Source: an uncultured Gemmatimonadaceae bacterium
Lineage (GTDB): Bacteria > Gemmatimonadota > Gemmatimonadetes > Gemmatimonadales > Gemmatimonadaceae
DNA length: 64,000 nt
Direction of reading: 5' to 3'
Assembly (NCBI GenBank): GCA_963817955.1
Contig: CAWFQK010000002.1
Location: 1,099,326-1,163,325 of the forward strand
Every line of letters begins with the position of its first letter. Positions within the stretch are counted from its first letter, which is position 1. Below are positions 50,018-59,107 of the stretch, in pieces. The notes under the pieces were generated by a model. That model was not told the DNA's origin, did not search any database, and was given only the letters and a program-made list of their open reading frames with translations. The translations under genes were made by a program, and so were the position numbers.

Positions 50018-51192
50018 GTGACTGGCAGAAGATCATCCGCGAGAGCGTGGACACTCTCGACAAGCTCGCCGAGAAGTTCGGACGGGACGTCATCGATGTC
50101 GAGGCGCTCCAGCCGGCCTTCGACAACTTCCAGATGCGCATCACGGCGAATACCCTGGCGACGATCAAGGAGATCGGCGACCCGATGTGGCAGCAGTTCG
50201 TGCCCACGACGCAGGAGCTCGACATCGTCGATGGCGTGATCGACTCGCTGGACGAGGACGGCGACTCGCCTGTGCCGAACATCACCCACCGCTATCCCGA
50301 CCGCGTGTTGTTCCTGGTGAGTCCGGTGTGTGCTAGCTACTGCCGCTTCTGCACGCGACGGCGCAAGGTCGGTGATCCGGAGAAGATTCCGCTCAACCAG
50401 TACGACTCGGCCTTCGACTACATCCGGAAACACCCCGAGGTCCGCGACGTGATCCTCTCGGGCGGTGATCCGATGATGCTGTCGGACCGCCGGCTGGAGT
50501 ACATCTTCCAGCGCCTCCGCGAGATTCCGCATATCGAAATCATCCGCATCGGCAGCCGCATCACGTCCCATCTGCCGTCGCGCATCACGCCTGAGTTCTG
50601 CGAGATGGTCAAGAAGTACCATCCCGTGTACATGAACACCCATTTCAATCATCCCGCCGAGCTCACTCCGGAGACGGTGGCGGCACTGGCGCGGCTCGCT
50701 AACGCCGGTGTGCCGCTGGGGAGCCAGACCGTGCTCCTGCGCGGCGTGAACGACGACCCCATGATCATGAAGGAGCTGATGCAGAAGCTCCTGAAGGCGC
50801 GCGTTCGCCCCTACTACATCTATATGGCCGATCAGGTGGCGGGCGGTGAGCACTTCCGCACCACTGTAGAGAAGGGGCTCAAGATCGTGAAGGCGCTCCG
50901 TGGCTGGACGAGCGGCCTGGCCGTGCCGCACTTCGTGATTGACGCGCCAGGAGGCGGCGGCAAGGTGCCGCTACTCCCCGAGTATGTGGAGGAGATCAAT
51001 GAGGACGAAGTGATCTTCCGGAACTACGAGGGGCAGCGCTTCGTCTACAAACAGCCCCGCCTGCCGGCGATCGCCGCGAGCGCATGCGGCGACGCGGCAG
51101 CGGCTGAGTCGGATATCGTTCCCATTCAGACTGGCAAGAACCCGCGGCCGAAACGGAAGACGGTGGCGCGGAAACAACGCACCGGGACCTGA
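50014..51192 (+). CDS. kamA: KamA-family radical SAM enzyme (lysine 2,3-aminomutase type)
   Basis: THRYPDRV, CASYCRFC, SGGDP, THFNHP, RPYY, DAPGGGGKVP (PLP lysine); GGAG upstream. Confidence 0.9.
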   Translation: MSDWQKIIRESVDTLDKLAEKFGRDVIDVEALQPAFDNFQMRITANTLATIKEIGDPMWQQFVPTTQELDIVDGVIDSLDEDGDSPVPNITHRYPDRVLFLVSPVCASYCRFCTRRRKVGDPEKIPLNQYDSAFDYIRKHPEVRDVILSGGDPMMLSDRRLEYIFQRLREIPHIEIIRIGSRITSHLPSRITPEFCEMVKKYHPVYMNTHFNHPAELTPETVAALARLANAGVPLGSQTVLLRGVNDDPMIMKELMQKLLKARVRPYYIYMADQVAGGEHFRTTVEKGLKIVKALRGWTSGLAVPHFVIDAPGGGGKVPLLPEYVEEINEDEVIFRNYEGQRFVYKQPRLPAIAASACGDAAAAESDIVPIQTGKNPRPKRKTVARKQRTGT

Positions 51193-51219
51193 GCGGCACC
51201 ACCGTCCGTCCGCCGCCGC

Positions 51220-54200
51220 TCAGGGCACGTCTGGTCCTGGGTCCTTCAACTCGTCTTTCCTGAGAAACGGCACACCGTCCGTCATCCACTTTGGTGCCGG
51301 CGCGCCCTTCAGGTAGTGATCGAAGAACTGAAAGTAGCGGATCGTGAGATCCTTTCGGTTCGCCAGACCACGCAGCCCGTGACCCTCGCCTGGGTAAGCG
51401 AGCAGGATCGCGTTCTTTCCGTTGTAGCGGAGCGCATTGTAGAAATTGAGTCCCTCTATGAACGACACGGTCGGATCCGCCGTCCCGTGCATGATCAGGA
51501 TCGGCTCCGTCACCTCCGGCACGTGCGTGAGCGCCGACTCATTGCGATAGAGTTCCGGCTTCTCCCATGGGGACACGCCCCACCGCCCCTGGCCATAGAT
51601 GTAGTACTCGTTCCCATTGGCTCCGCTGCCGCCGCTCACTTGGTACGACCAGCCCCATTCCTGGTTGAAATCGGTGAAGAGATCCGTGACACCGGCTCCC
51701 ACGCCGACCGCCGCGAACATGCGTGACCTCGTCGCAATGAACGCCGCGCCCTCCCCGCCGTAGCTATGGCCGTTCAACCCGATGTGCTTCGGATCCGCAT
51801 AGCCCATTGCGATCACTTTGCGCGTCGCCGCCTCCACTGCGTCCAACTGGTCCGTATGCGACGACCCGGTGTGGTAGTACACGTCGGGGACCATCATGAT
51901 GTAACCGCGACTTACCCCCTCGGTGGGCGACGCGCCCATCCCCGTCAGATACGACGGCGCTGAATAGCGATTCAGGTTCTGTGTGTTCTTCTCGTAGAAG
52001 TTCACGATCATGGGACGCTTCTCGCCGGACTTGTAATCATCCGGCAGCGTGAGCATACCCTGCAGCTTGTGCCCGTCGCGATCGGCGAAGTCGAACAGGA
52101 TGCGATGGCCCCACTGATACTCCGCCTGCTGTGGATTGGCATTGGTAATACGTTTCGCGCTCTTGAAATCCGGCCCGGACACGTAGACATCAGGGAACTC
52201 GGCGAAAGTCTGCCGCGTGAACAGGAACTGGTCAGCCTTTGCCGCCCGCGCCGGCACACTGAACGCCGCATCGTCATAGACGATTTCACTCAGCCGCCCA
52301 TTTTCCAGACGGTAGAACCCGTCTTTCTTCGTCAGCTCGCCAAACACCGAGAGCGTCACGGGGGCGGCAAGATCGATCTCCTGACCCGTGCGTATTCGGC
52401 GGCTCGCGGTGGAATCGATCGGCGCCGTCCGCGCGAGACGAAGCGACATACGATTCTTTGCGCCAACGCCAGCGGTGATATTCCGCGCTGCCGACGCGCC
52501 ATCGAGCGGCAGCAGCCACAGATCGTATTTCGCCTCGACCACCACGTTCTTGCCATCGCTCGTGTAGGCGGCCACACCGTACGGTGGCTTGGGCCCGGGA
52601 TGGTCGAACTCCGAGTTCGCGAAGTTCGGCGCGCCGGCTCCGAGGACGACCGACGTGCCCGCATCGAGATCATAGGCGTGGAACTTGTCGTCGGCCCAAT
52701 AGACGAACTTCCGGCTGTCCGGCGAGATGCCGAACACGGCGGCCTGCGTATACTGGCCCGTGAGCATGGGCGTCCGCTCTCCGGTCGCCGTGTTCACACG
52801 ATAGAAGTCTGCCGCGGCTGGCTTGTAGTCCGAGATATACCGCCGCGCGTCGCGTCCAACCCCCCAGCGTCCGTCGGGCGAGAGCTGAATGTCGCGCATC
52901 GTCGAGTCGGTGAGCGCGACATACTTGGCGCCCACCACGTCGAACGCTTCTCGATACGTGAAGTTCCGATCCTGCTCGGCGCGCACCATCTGCATCGACT
53001 GGATGTAGCGGTCATTCGTACGCCACACGTCCACGTCGGCAATGGAATCGGTGCTCCGTCGGCGCGTCGTGTCCGCAGCGGCCGTTTGCGGCATCACGCC
53101 AAAGAACACACGTGTCCCGTCTTCGCTCCAGGTGAGCGGCGCCTGATCGCTGATTACCCAATCCTTGGGAAATTGCGTTGCCCCGGCGACATCGAGGGTC
53201 GCCGGCAGGACGCCGGCTGTCGCCAGAGCGACCCGCACGTTGGGAAAGATGATGAGCACGTTGTCGCGTTCGCGCATCTTCTCCACGTCCTTCCCCTTGA
53301 GCACCGTCACGCCCGTACCGGCGTCGTTCCAGGCCAGCCTGCTATAGACGCGGGCGTCGTTGTCGAGCGCTTGCGTGCTACCGGTAGCGAGATCGGTGAC
53401 AAATAACCCGTTCCCGTCGCGCACTGCGGCATTGACGGTGTACGCGAGCAGATCACCCGCGCGATTGAACTCGGCGTCGCCTACGCTGCCAATGAACTGC
53501 GTGCGTCCCGTCGTCAGATCGGCGAGGAGGGCATCGCTTCCCTCCGCAGGCCGCTGCGAGCCTCCACGTCCGCCAGCACTGGCATCGGCCGGCGGCGCAC
53601 CTCCGCGGCCCCCCCGGCCACCGCCTGCCGATGCCCGCCGCCGCAGCATGAGAAACTTCGAATTGGCGGCAAAGGTGGCCGATTGCATTTCGCGCCACGC
53701 CTGCGTCTTGCCGGTCGCCAGCTCGCGAAGCTCAGTGCGCCGGACCGGTGTGGCTGCCGGGCCGCCGCGGCCGCCGGCCGTCGGCGCACCAGGCGCAACC
53801 CCACCACCCCCCGCGGGTACGCCCTCCCCCGCGGCTGCGCCGCGGGCGCCGCGGCCATTGCGCGCCGGCTGCGAATCCACCTGATACGCGATCCACCGTC
53901 CATCGGGCGAGAAGGTCGGGTTCGATGCGTTGGGAATCACGACGTCCCGATTCGCCGGCAAATCCATGATGTGCAGCTCCGGCTTGGAATCGGCCGGCAA
54001 AACGTTCGTGTATCGGTACACCCATATCGCCCACCTGCCGTCGCTCGAGATCCGTTCGCCTTCGATGCTGCGCCAACGCGTGTAGTCGCCTGCGGTGAGC
54101 ACCTTTTTCGGCATCGAACCGGTGCGCGCGTCACCAGCTTGCGACACGGAGCCGGCGGTCTGTGCACCAGCACGAGGAACACTCACGAACAGGGATAGCA

Positions 54201-54300
54201 GGCCGAGCGCCGCTGCAATGCAGGCGGTGGCTCTGGCGGCTGGGCGGGGAGCGGGAGAACAGAGCACGAGAACGACTCTCGATGGAGGGGGAGCCGCCAA
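51220..54300 (-). CDS. S9 family (prolyl oligopeptidase-like) serine peptidase, secreted
   Basis: Beta-propeller repeats (SPDGRW), GHSYGG, HGTAD, GEGH; start codon uncertain. Confidence 0.9.
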   Translation of the reverse strand: MAAPPPSRVVLVLCSPAPRPAARATACIAAALGLLSLFVSVPRAGAQTAGSVSQAGDARTGSMPKKVLTAGDYTRWRSIEGERISSDGRWAIWVYRYTNVLPADSKPELHIMDLPANRDVVIPNASNPTFSPDGRWIAYQVDSQPARNGRGARGAAAGEGVPAGGGGVAPGAPTAGGRGGPAATPVRRTELRELATGKTQAWREMQSATFAANSKFLMLRRRASAGGGRGGRGGAPPADASAGGRGGSQRPAEGSDALLADLTTGRTQFIGSVGDAEFNRAGDLLAYTVNAAVRDGNGLFVTDLATGSTQALDNDARVYSRLAWNDAGTGVTVLKGKDVEKMRERDNVLIIFPNVRVALATAGVLPATLDVAGATQFPKDWVISDQAPLTWSEDGTRVFFGVMPQTAAADTTRRRSTDSIADVDVWRTNDRYIQSMQMVRAEQDRNFTYREAFDVVGAKYVALTDSTMRDIQLSPDGRWGVGRDARRYISDYKPAAADFYRVNTATGERTPMLTGQYTQAAVFGISPDSRKFVYWADDKFHAYDLDAGTSVVLGAGAPNFANSEFDHPGPKPPYGVAAYTSDGKNVVVEAKYDLWLLPLDGASAARNITAGVGAKNRMSLRLARTAPIDSTASRRIRTGQEIDLAAPVTLSVFGELTKKDGFYRLENGRLSEIVYDDAAFSVPARAAKADQFLFTRQTFAEFPDVYVSGPDFKSAKRITNANPQQAEYQWGHRILFDFADRDGHKLQGMLTLPDDYKSGEKRPMIVNFYEKNTQNLNRYSAPSYLTGMGASPTEGVSRGYIMMVPDVYYHTGSSHTDQLDAVEAATRKVIAMGYADPKHIGLNGHSYGGEGAAFIATRSRMFAAVGVGAGVTDLFTDFNQEWGWSYQVSGGSGANGNEYYIYGQGRWGVSPWEKPELYRNESALTHVPEVTEPILIMHGTADPTVSFIEGLNFYNALRYNGKNAILLAYPGEGHGLRGLANRKDLTIRYFQFFDHYLKGAPAPKWMTDGVPFLRKDELKDPGPDVP

Positions 54301-54349
54301 GATACAGTCAATTCGGCGCCGGGGCGAGGAGGTGCGAGTTACCCGTTGT

Positions 54350-54391
54350 GAGTTATGCGGCGCGAGTTAGTAAGCTCGTGCCGCATAACTC
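54350..54391. terminator. Hairpin downstream of the EF-G paralog (terminator or REP-like)
   Basis: GAGTTATGCGGC...GCCGCATAACTC, perfect 12-bp outer stem. Confidence 0.55.
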
Positions 54392-54423
54392 TTGACTGGA
54401 AACCCGAACCTTCGCGACCGTCT

Positions 54424-56547
54424 CTAATGCGCTCCCGCGAGTTCCTCTTCCTTCTCCTTGTCGTGCTCCTCGATGACCTTCTGCGCCACCTCGTGCGGGG
54501 CTTCCTCGTAGCCTTTGAAATGGCGCTTGAAGAAGGCGCGCCCCTGTGTCATTGATTGCAGCGAGCTGGCGTAGCGGTGCAGCTCCGCCTGCGGAACGAT
54601 GGCGCGAATCACCGTACCCGACGCCGTCCGAAGGATCAGTGCCCAGGATATGGCCTCGGCGCGACGAGAGGTCGCCGAGCACGTCACCCATATAGTCATC
54701 AGGGGTAACGATCTCCAGCTCGTCGAGCGGCTCGAGCAACACCGGCCTGCACTTCGCGGCGCACCGACTTGAAGGCCAGGATGCCCGCCATCTTGAACGA
54801 CATCTCGTTCGAGTCGACCGTATGGTACGAGCCGTCGAACAGCTCGCCAGGAAGTCGACGAGCGGGTAGCCGGCGAGCACGCCGCGCTACGGGGCTTCGA
54901 CTGAATGCCCCTGCTCCACGGCGGGAATGAACTTGCCGGGAATCGAGCCTCCGACGATCTCGGTCCTCGAACCGGAACCTCCACCTCGCGCGGCACGGAA
55001 GCAATGCGCACCCAACAGTCGCCAAACTGACCTCGTCCGCCCGATTGCTTCTTGTGCTTTCCCTGTCCTTCGGCGCGCGCGCTTGAATCGTCTCTCGGTA
55101 GGCGATCTTCGGCCTCGAGAGTTCGGCCGACAACGCCGAATTTTCTTTTCAGTTTGCTCATATTCGACTTCCAGATGCCGCTCGCCCAGTCCGGAGACGA
55201 TCGTCTCGTGCGTCTCGGGGTTGCAATGCATTCGAAGAGGTCGGATCCTCGTCGTGGAGACGATGGAGTCCCAGCTGCAACTTCTCCTCATCGGTCGCGG
55301 TTGACGCGTGCACCGCCATCTGGACTGCCCTCGGGAAAACTGATCTGCGCCAGCCGCACCGGATGCTGCGCGCGTCGAGAGCGTGTCGTTCGTGTGCGTA
55401 TTGCGCATCTTGGCGACACACCCAATGTCGCCGGCGTGGAGACGCGGCATCTCGATGCGCTCTTTCCCCTGCGAAATTGAGAGGTGGTTGAGCTTCTCGA
55501 TGCCGGAGCGCGTCGCGTTATTGAGCTCGTCCCCATTCGGTGACGGTGCCAGCGTAGAGCCGGAAGAACGTCACCTCGCCGACATGCGGCTCGGACGTCG
55601 TCTTGAACACATGCGCGACCGCCGGCGCATCGTCCAGGGCGTGGATCTCGACCGTCTCGTCGCCCTCGGCACCCGTGAAGGCGTGCAGCTCTTCCATCTC
55701 GAACGCGCTGGGCATGAGCTCGATCATGGTCGCTCAGCACCGCCTGCATGCCGTAATTCAACTCGCTGGAAACGCAGAAGAGCGGAAAGAGCTCCATGCG
55801 CTTCATCGCCTCCTTCATGCCAGCGATGGCTTCGTCGCGCGAAATCTCTCCGCCTTCCAAATAGTGCTCGAGCAACGTGTCGTCGGTGGCGGAGATCGAT
55901 TCGATCAACTCAGCGTAGTACTTGTCGAACAGCTCCTTCGACTCGGCTGGAATGTCCGTCTCCTCATACTCGCCCGTCTTGGCGCCGCGCTTGTAGACGT
56001 GCGCCTTCTTCGAGAAGAGGTTGACGATGCCGTGGAAGCTGGCGCCTTGCCCTACCGGCACCTCAACGGGAATGACCTTCGTGGTCAGGCGCGACTTGAT
56101 CTGCTGATAGACGCTATCGAAGTCCGCATGCTCCTTGTCCATCATCGTGACGACGAACAGCACCGGGTCCCGGCGTGCAACCGCCTCGCGAAACATGCGT
56201 TCTGTGCCTACCTCGACCCCCGCCGTGGCGGGAATGACGCAGAGGGCGCCGTCTGCAGCGGAGAGACCGGCGATCGCGTCGCCCTGGAAATCGAGATACC
56301 CGGGCGTGTCGATGAGGTTGACCTTGTTCTCCTGCCACTCGGCGAAAGCGCAGCCTAGGTTGATCGAGAAACCGCGCTCGATCTCTTCCGCGGCGGTGTC
56401 CGTGAGGGCGGTACCGTCTTTCACCGAGCCGTGCCGCTTTGAGCTCCCTGACACGAAGGCGAGCGCATCGACCAGACTGGTCTTGCCGCTCGCCCCGTGC
56501 CCCACCACCGCGATGTTGCGGATTTCCGAGCCTTTGTACTCCCTCAT
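54424..56547 (-). pseudogene. fusA: Elongation factor G paralog (EF-G2-like) with many frameshifts (pseudogene or sequencing errors)
   Basis: [80 protein letters not shown] spread over all three frames. Confidence 0.85.
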
Positions 56548-56856
56548 AATCGTCGACTCCCACGCTTGAAGGCTTACGGCAGAGTGCCGATGCGCGGGGC
56601 TACATCGAGCCACGCGCGCAGGATTTCGTCGCCCACGGAGTTGTCCAACTTCGCGATACGTACGGCGATCGCCCGTCCGGATGGGCGGTACGTCGTGGTG
56701 CGAGAGGGCAACCTTGGAATGCGCTCCTCACCCTGTCCCCCTTAGCCTGGCGCTGTCGGCAAGGGGCGTCAAGGGGAAAGGCACCTACGTGCAATGCCAA
56801 GGTTGCCTGACCGGTCCGGTCAGCGAGGATCATTCTGGGCCTGCCCCGAACGGAAA

Positions 56857-56880
56857 TGGGACCGGCTTTCGCCGGTCCCA
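56857..56880 (-). terminator. Intrinsic terminator-like hairpin
   Basis: TGGGACCGGC-GAAA-GCCGGTCCCA followed by TTT on the minus strand. Confidence 0.6.
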
Positions 56881-56913
56881 CATCATCCAACGCTGACAAG
56901 TCAGTTTTCCCGT

Positions 56914-57453
56914 TCAATCTCCTTCAGTATCGAACGCCAGTCCGTCCGCTTCCCTCATCCGCTCAATCACGGACTCGAGCGGCGCGAACACTGGTGCGGT
57001 GATTCCAACGACTGGTCCGATCGATACGCTGATGGCGCGCCGAGCACCTTCTGGCCAATCCGGCATCGACAGCCCGGCAACCAGCCTTCGAATCATTTGT
57101 CCGCATTCGTTCAGCAACTGATTCGCCGTCGAATGCAACGTCTCGAGGGAGATCTCGAGATCGCTTGTTACGAGCTGCCCCGCTGAATCCCTCCAGGCAG
57201 CGTCCCCAACCGCTCCCCGTTCCGGCCAGATGCCGAGGTGACGGATCGCCTCGGTCCGTCCGTCATTCGACCGATGTGACTCGACGGCCGCTGCCAACGC
57301 CAACGCCAACGACTCCGGATTCGGTTCCCCGTACAACGTCACGATGTCTCGCGACGGCCGCTCGGACGAATGCAACGGCGACGGGACGGAGTTCACGTGC
57401 GCCAGTACGGGCGAGTGATCGGGGTTCTCCTCGAGCATGACGAGGATGTCCAT
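56914..57453 (-). CDS. Hypothetical protein
   Basis: AGGAGG ribosome-binding site before MDILVMLEE; followed by a terminator-like hairpin. Confidence 0.6.
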   Translation of the reverse strand: MDILVMLEENPDHSPVLAHVNSVPSPLHSSERPSRDIVTLYGEPNPESLALALAAAVESHRSNDGRTEAIRHLGIWPERGAVGDAAWRDSAGQLVTSDLEISLETLHSTANQLLNECGQMIRRLVAGLSMPDWPEGARRAISVSIGPVVGITAPVFAPLESVIERMREADGLAFDTEGD

Positions 57454-57643
57454 TCCCCCCCTCCTGGAATTGGTCCTGCTCAAAATTGCCTCTTGCTGCA
57501 ACGATCGTTGCGGCACCAAAGTTTCACACCTTCGGTGAGCAGGCGCACCATCGGTTGAACTCAGGCCACATCAACAATGTTCCTTGTACAACCGCCGGGC
57601 AGTGTTCTCCGTCACATACAAGTGGGCGTCCCCTGAACCGCAA

Positions 57644-58093
57644 TCAGGCCTTCTGCAGGGCCGGAATGGCAAAGCGCATGCCCACCACTAGCGCGCCACC
57701 CAGAACCAGTGCGAAGACGAGGCGATCTCCGAGCGGTAGCACGCTAGACAAGCCGCTGCCCGCCGACCACGCGACGATCCAGGATATCACGAACTCGGCG
57801 GTAGCCACGAGCCCGGCGGCGATGGATTCGCGGCGATGAAGCCGAGCCGCCAGCCAGAGAAACACGATGCTCCACGCGAACGTGGCGACGACATGGAGCA
57901 CGATGCCCGCGAGGACCAGACCCGCCGCGCCGGCACTCGGCGTCCGGTGCAACACCACGGCACTCACCGCCGCGAACGGCAGCCCGGCGTTGCCGAGACG
58001 ATGCCCAAAGGCAATGAGGGCGCCGGTCGTCGCAGCTGACGCGACGCCGCCGACGACGAGTATGGGCGATTGCAGGGAGAGTTGGGCTGACAC
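57644..58093 (-). CDS. Hypothetical four-TM membrane protein
   Basis: Four hydrophobic helices. Confidence 0.65.
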   Translation of the reverse strand: MSAQLSLQSPILVVGGVASAATTGALIAFGHRLGNAGLPFAAVSAVVLHRTPSAGAAGLVLAGIVLHVVATFAWSIVFLWLAARLHRRESIAAGLVATAEFVISWIVAWSAGSGLSSVLPLGDRLVFALVLGGALVVGMRFAIPALQKA

Positions 58094-58226
58094 CTTTCAA
58101 AGCAAATGACGGAAGGACACGCGCTCAAGCCCCAATCGCGTTTCAACAAAGTGTAACGGGCAACTCCGGCGCTCGCTCGCCAGCGATCGGGGCGGGCGTG
58201 TCGTTCATAACATGTCGTCCATAACG

Positions 58227-58260
58227 AAAAAAGGCCCCGGCGATTGCCGGGGCCTTTTTT
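58227..58260. terminator. Bidirectional intrinsic terminator
   Basis: AAAAAAGGCCCCGGC-gatt-GCCGGGGCCTTTTTT. Confidence 0.9.
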
Positions 58261-58269
58261 GCTGGAACC

Positions 58270-58994
58270 TTACATCTGGATTATCGGCCCGCCGTCGTCC
58301 ACGCAGTCCGGGTTATCCGGAGACGGATCGCAGGGGAGCCCGACCGTAATGCTGTAACCGCTGAAGTGCTTGACGCGGCGCCAAACCAGGCCGGTCGAAA
58401 GACTGATGTACGTGCGCAACGTCTGGTCAAACGCAGCATCGGTGGCGCCTGCCATGCCGAGGTCAGGCGTGTAATAGATGCCGAAGTTCCGGAGCAGTTC
58501 GCGATGCGACGAGAAGTGGCTCGAGATGACCGAAGCATACGCCGCAGTCGTCAACGTAACAGTCTTCGTCGGATTGAATCGAAGCGCTGGCGAGAAATCG
58601 ATGGCCGGTCCGGCATTGTTGGAGGAACCGTACTTCGCGCGGACCGTGATCGACTGTCCGTCCGCAGCGTCGTGCACGGCTTGTCCCACGTGCCAGCGCC
58701 ATATCCATTGGCTGGGTTCGTCGGATCGCAGACCGATCCCGCTGGGAAGTTCACCGTATAGAGCCCATCGCCGATCACGAACTTGCCGCCCTTCGCAGTA
58801 AGCGTGATCGTCGTCGTGCGGAACCCAGAAAAGTGATACGCGCCGTCCACGTCGAGCGACGGTGCAGCACTCGGTGAAATGCTCTGACGGGCAGTGGGGC
58901 TGGGGCTCGTCGCAGTATCGGAGCAGCCGGCGATCACTACGATCGCAGCTCCCGCGATCAGAGTTCTGGAGATTCCGCGCATGGTTTTAATCAT
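58270..58994 (-). CDS. Hypothetical lipoprotein with an apparent 1-nt frameshift near 58665
   Basis: IAGC lipobox; WDKPCTTL continues as DGQSITVRAKY...VKHFSGY in another frame. Confidence 0.7.
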
Positions 58995-59107
58995 CAAGAG
59001 GGAGATAGACCCACTTCGTCCGTCTTCGAACGACCAGGGAAACGGTCACCGAAGATACTGTACTCAGCAATTCGGCGCCAGCGAAATTATTGCCGCTTTG
59101 GCCCATG

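Noticed and set aside
49453..51192. 579-aa GNAT-KamA fusion ORF in the ORF track
   Set aside because: The GNAT C-terminal half is in another frame and ends in an ATGA overlap with a KamA start that has its own ribosome-binding site; the fusion is the by-product of one indel near 49811.
50014..51192. EpmB (EF-P beta-lysylation) assignment
   Set aside because: No efp or epmA is adjacent, and the DAPGGGGK motif is of the KamA/AblA type.
53580..53870. Gly/Arg-rich GGRGG low-complexity tracts in the S9 peptidase
   Set aside because: In-frame flexible linkers, not separate repeat elements.
56570..56840. Possible small frameshifted gene upstream of the EF-G paralog
   Set aside because: A protein-like tail (AIAVRIAKLDNSVGDEILRAWLDVAPRIGTLP) exists on the minus strand, but no consistent frame or start could be reconstructed.
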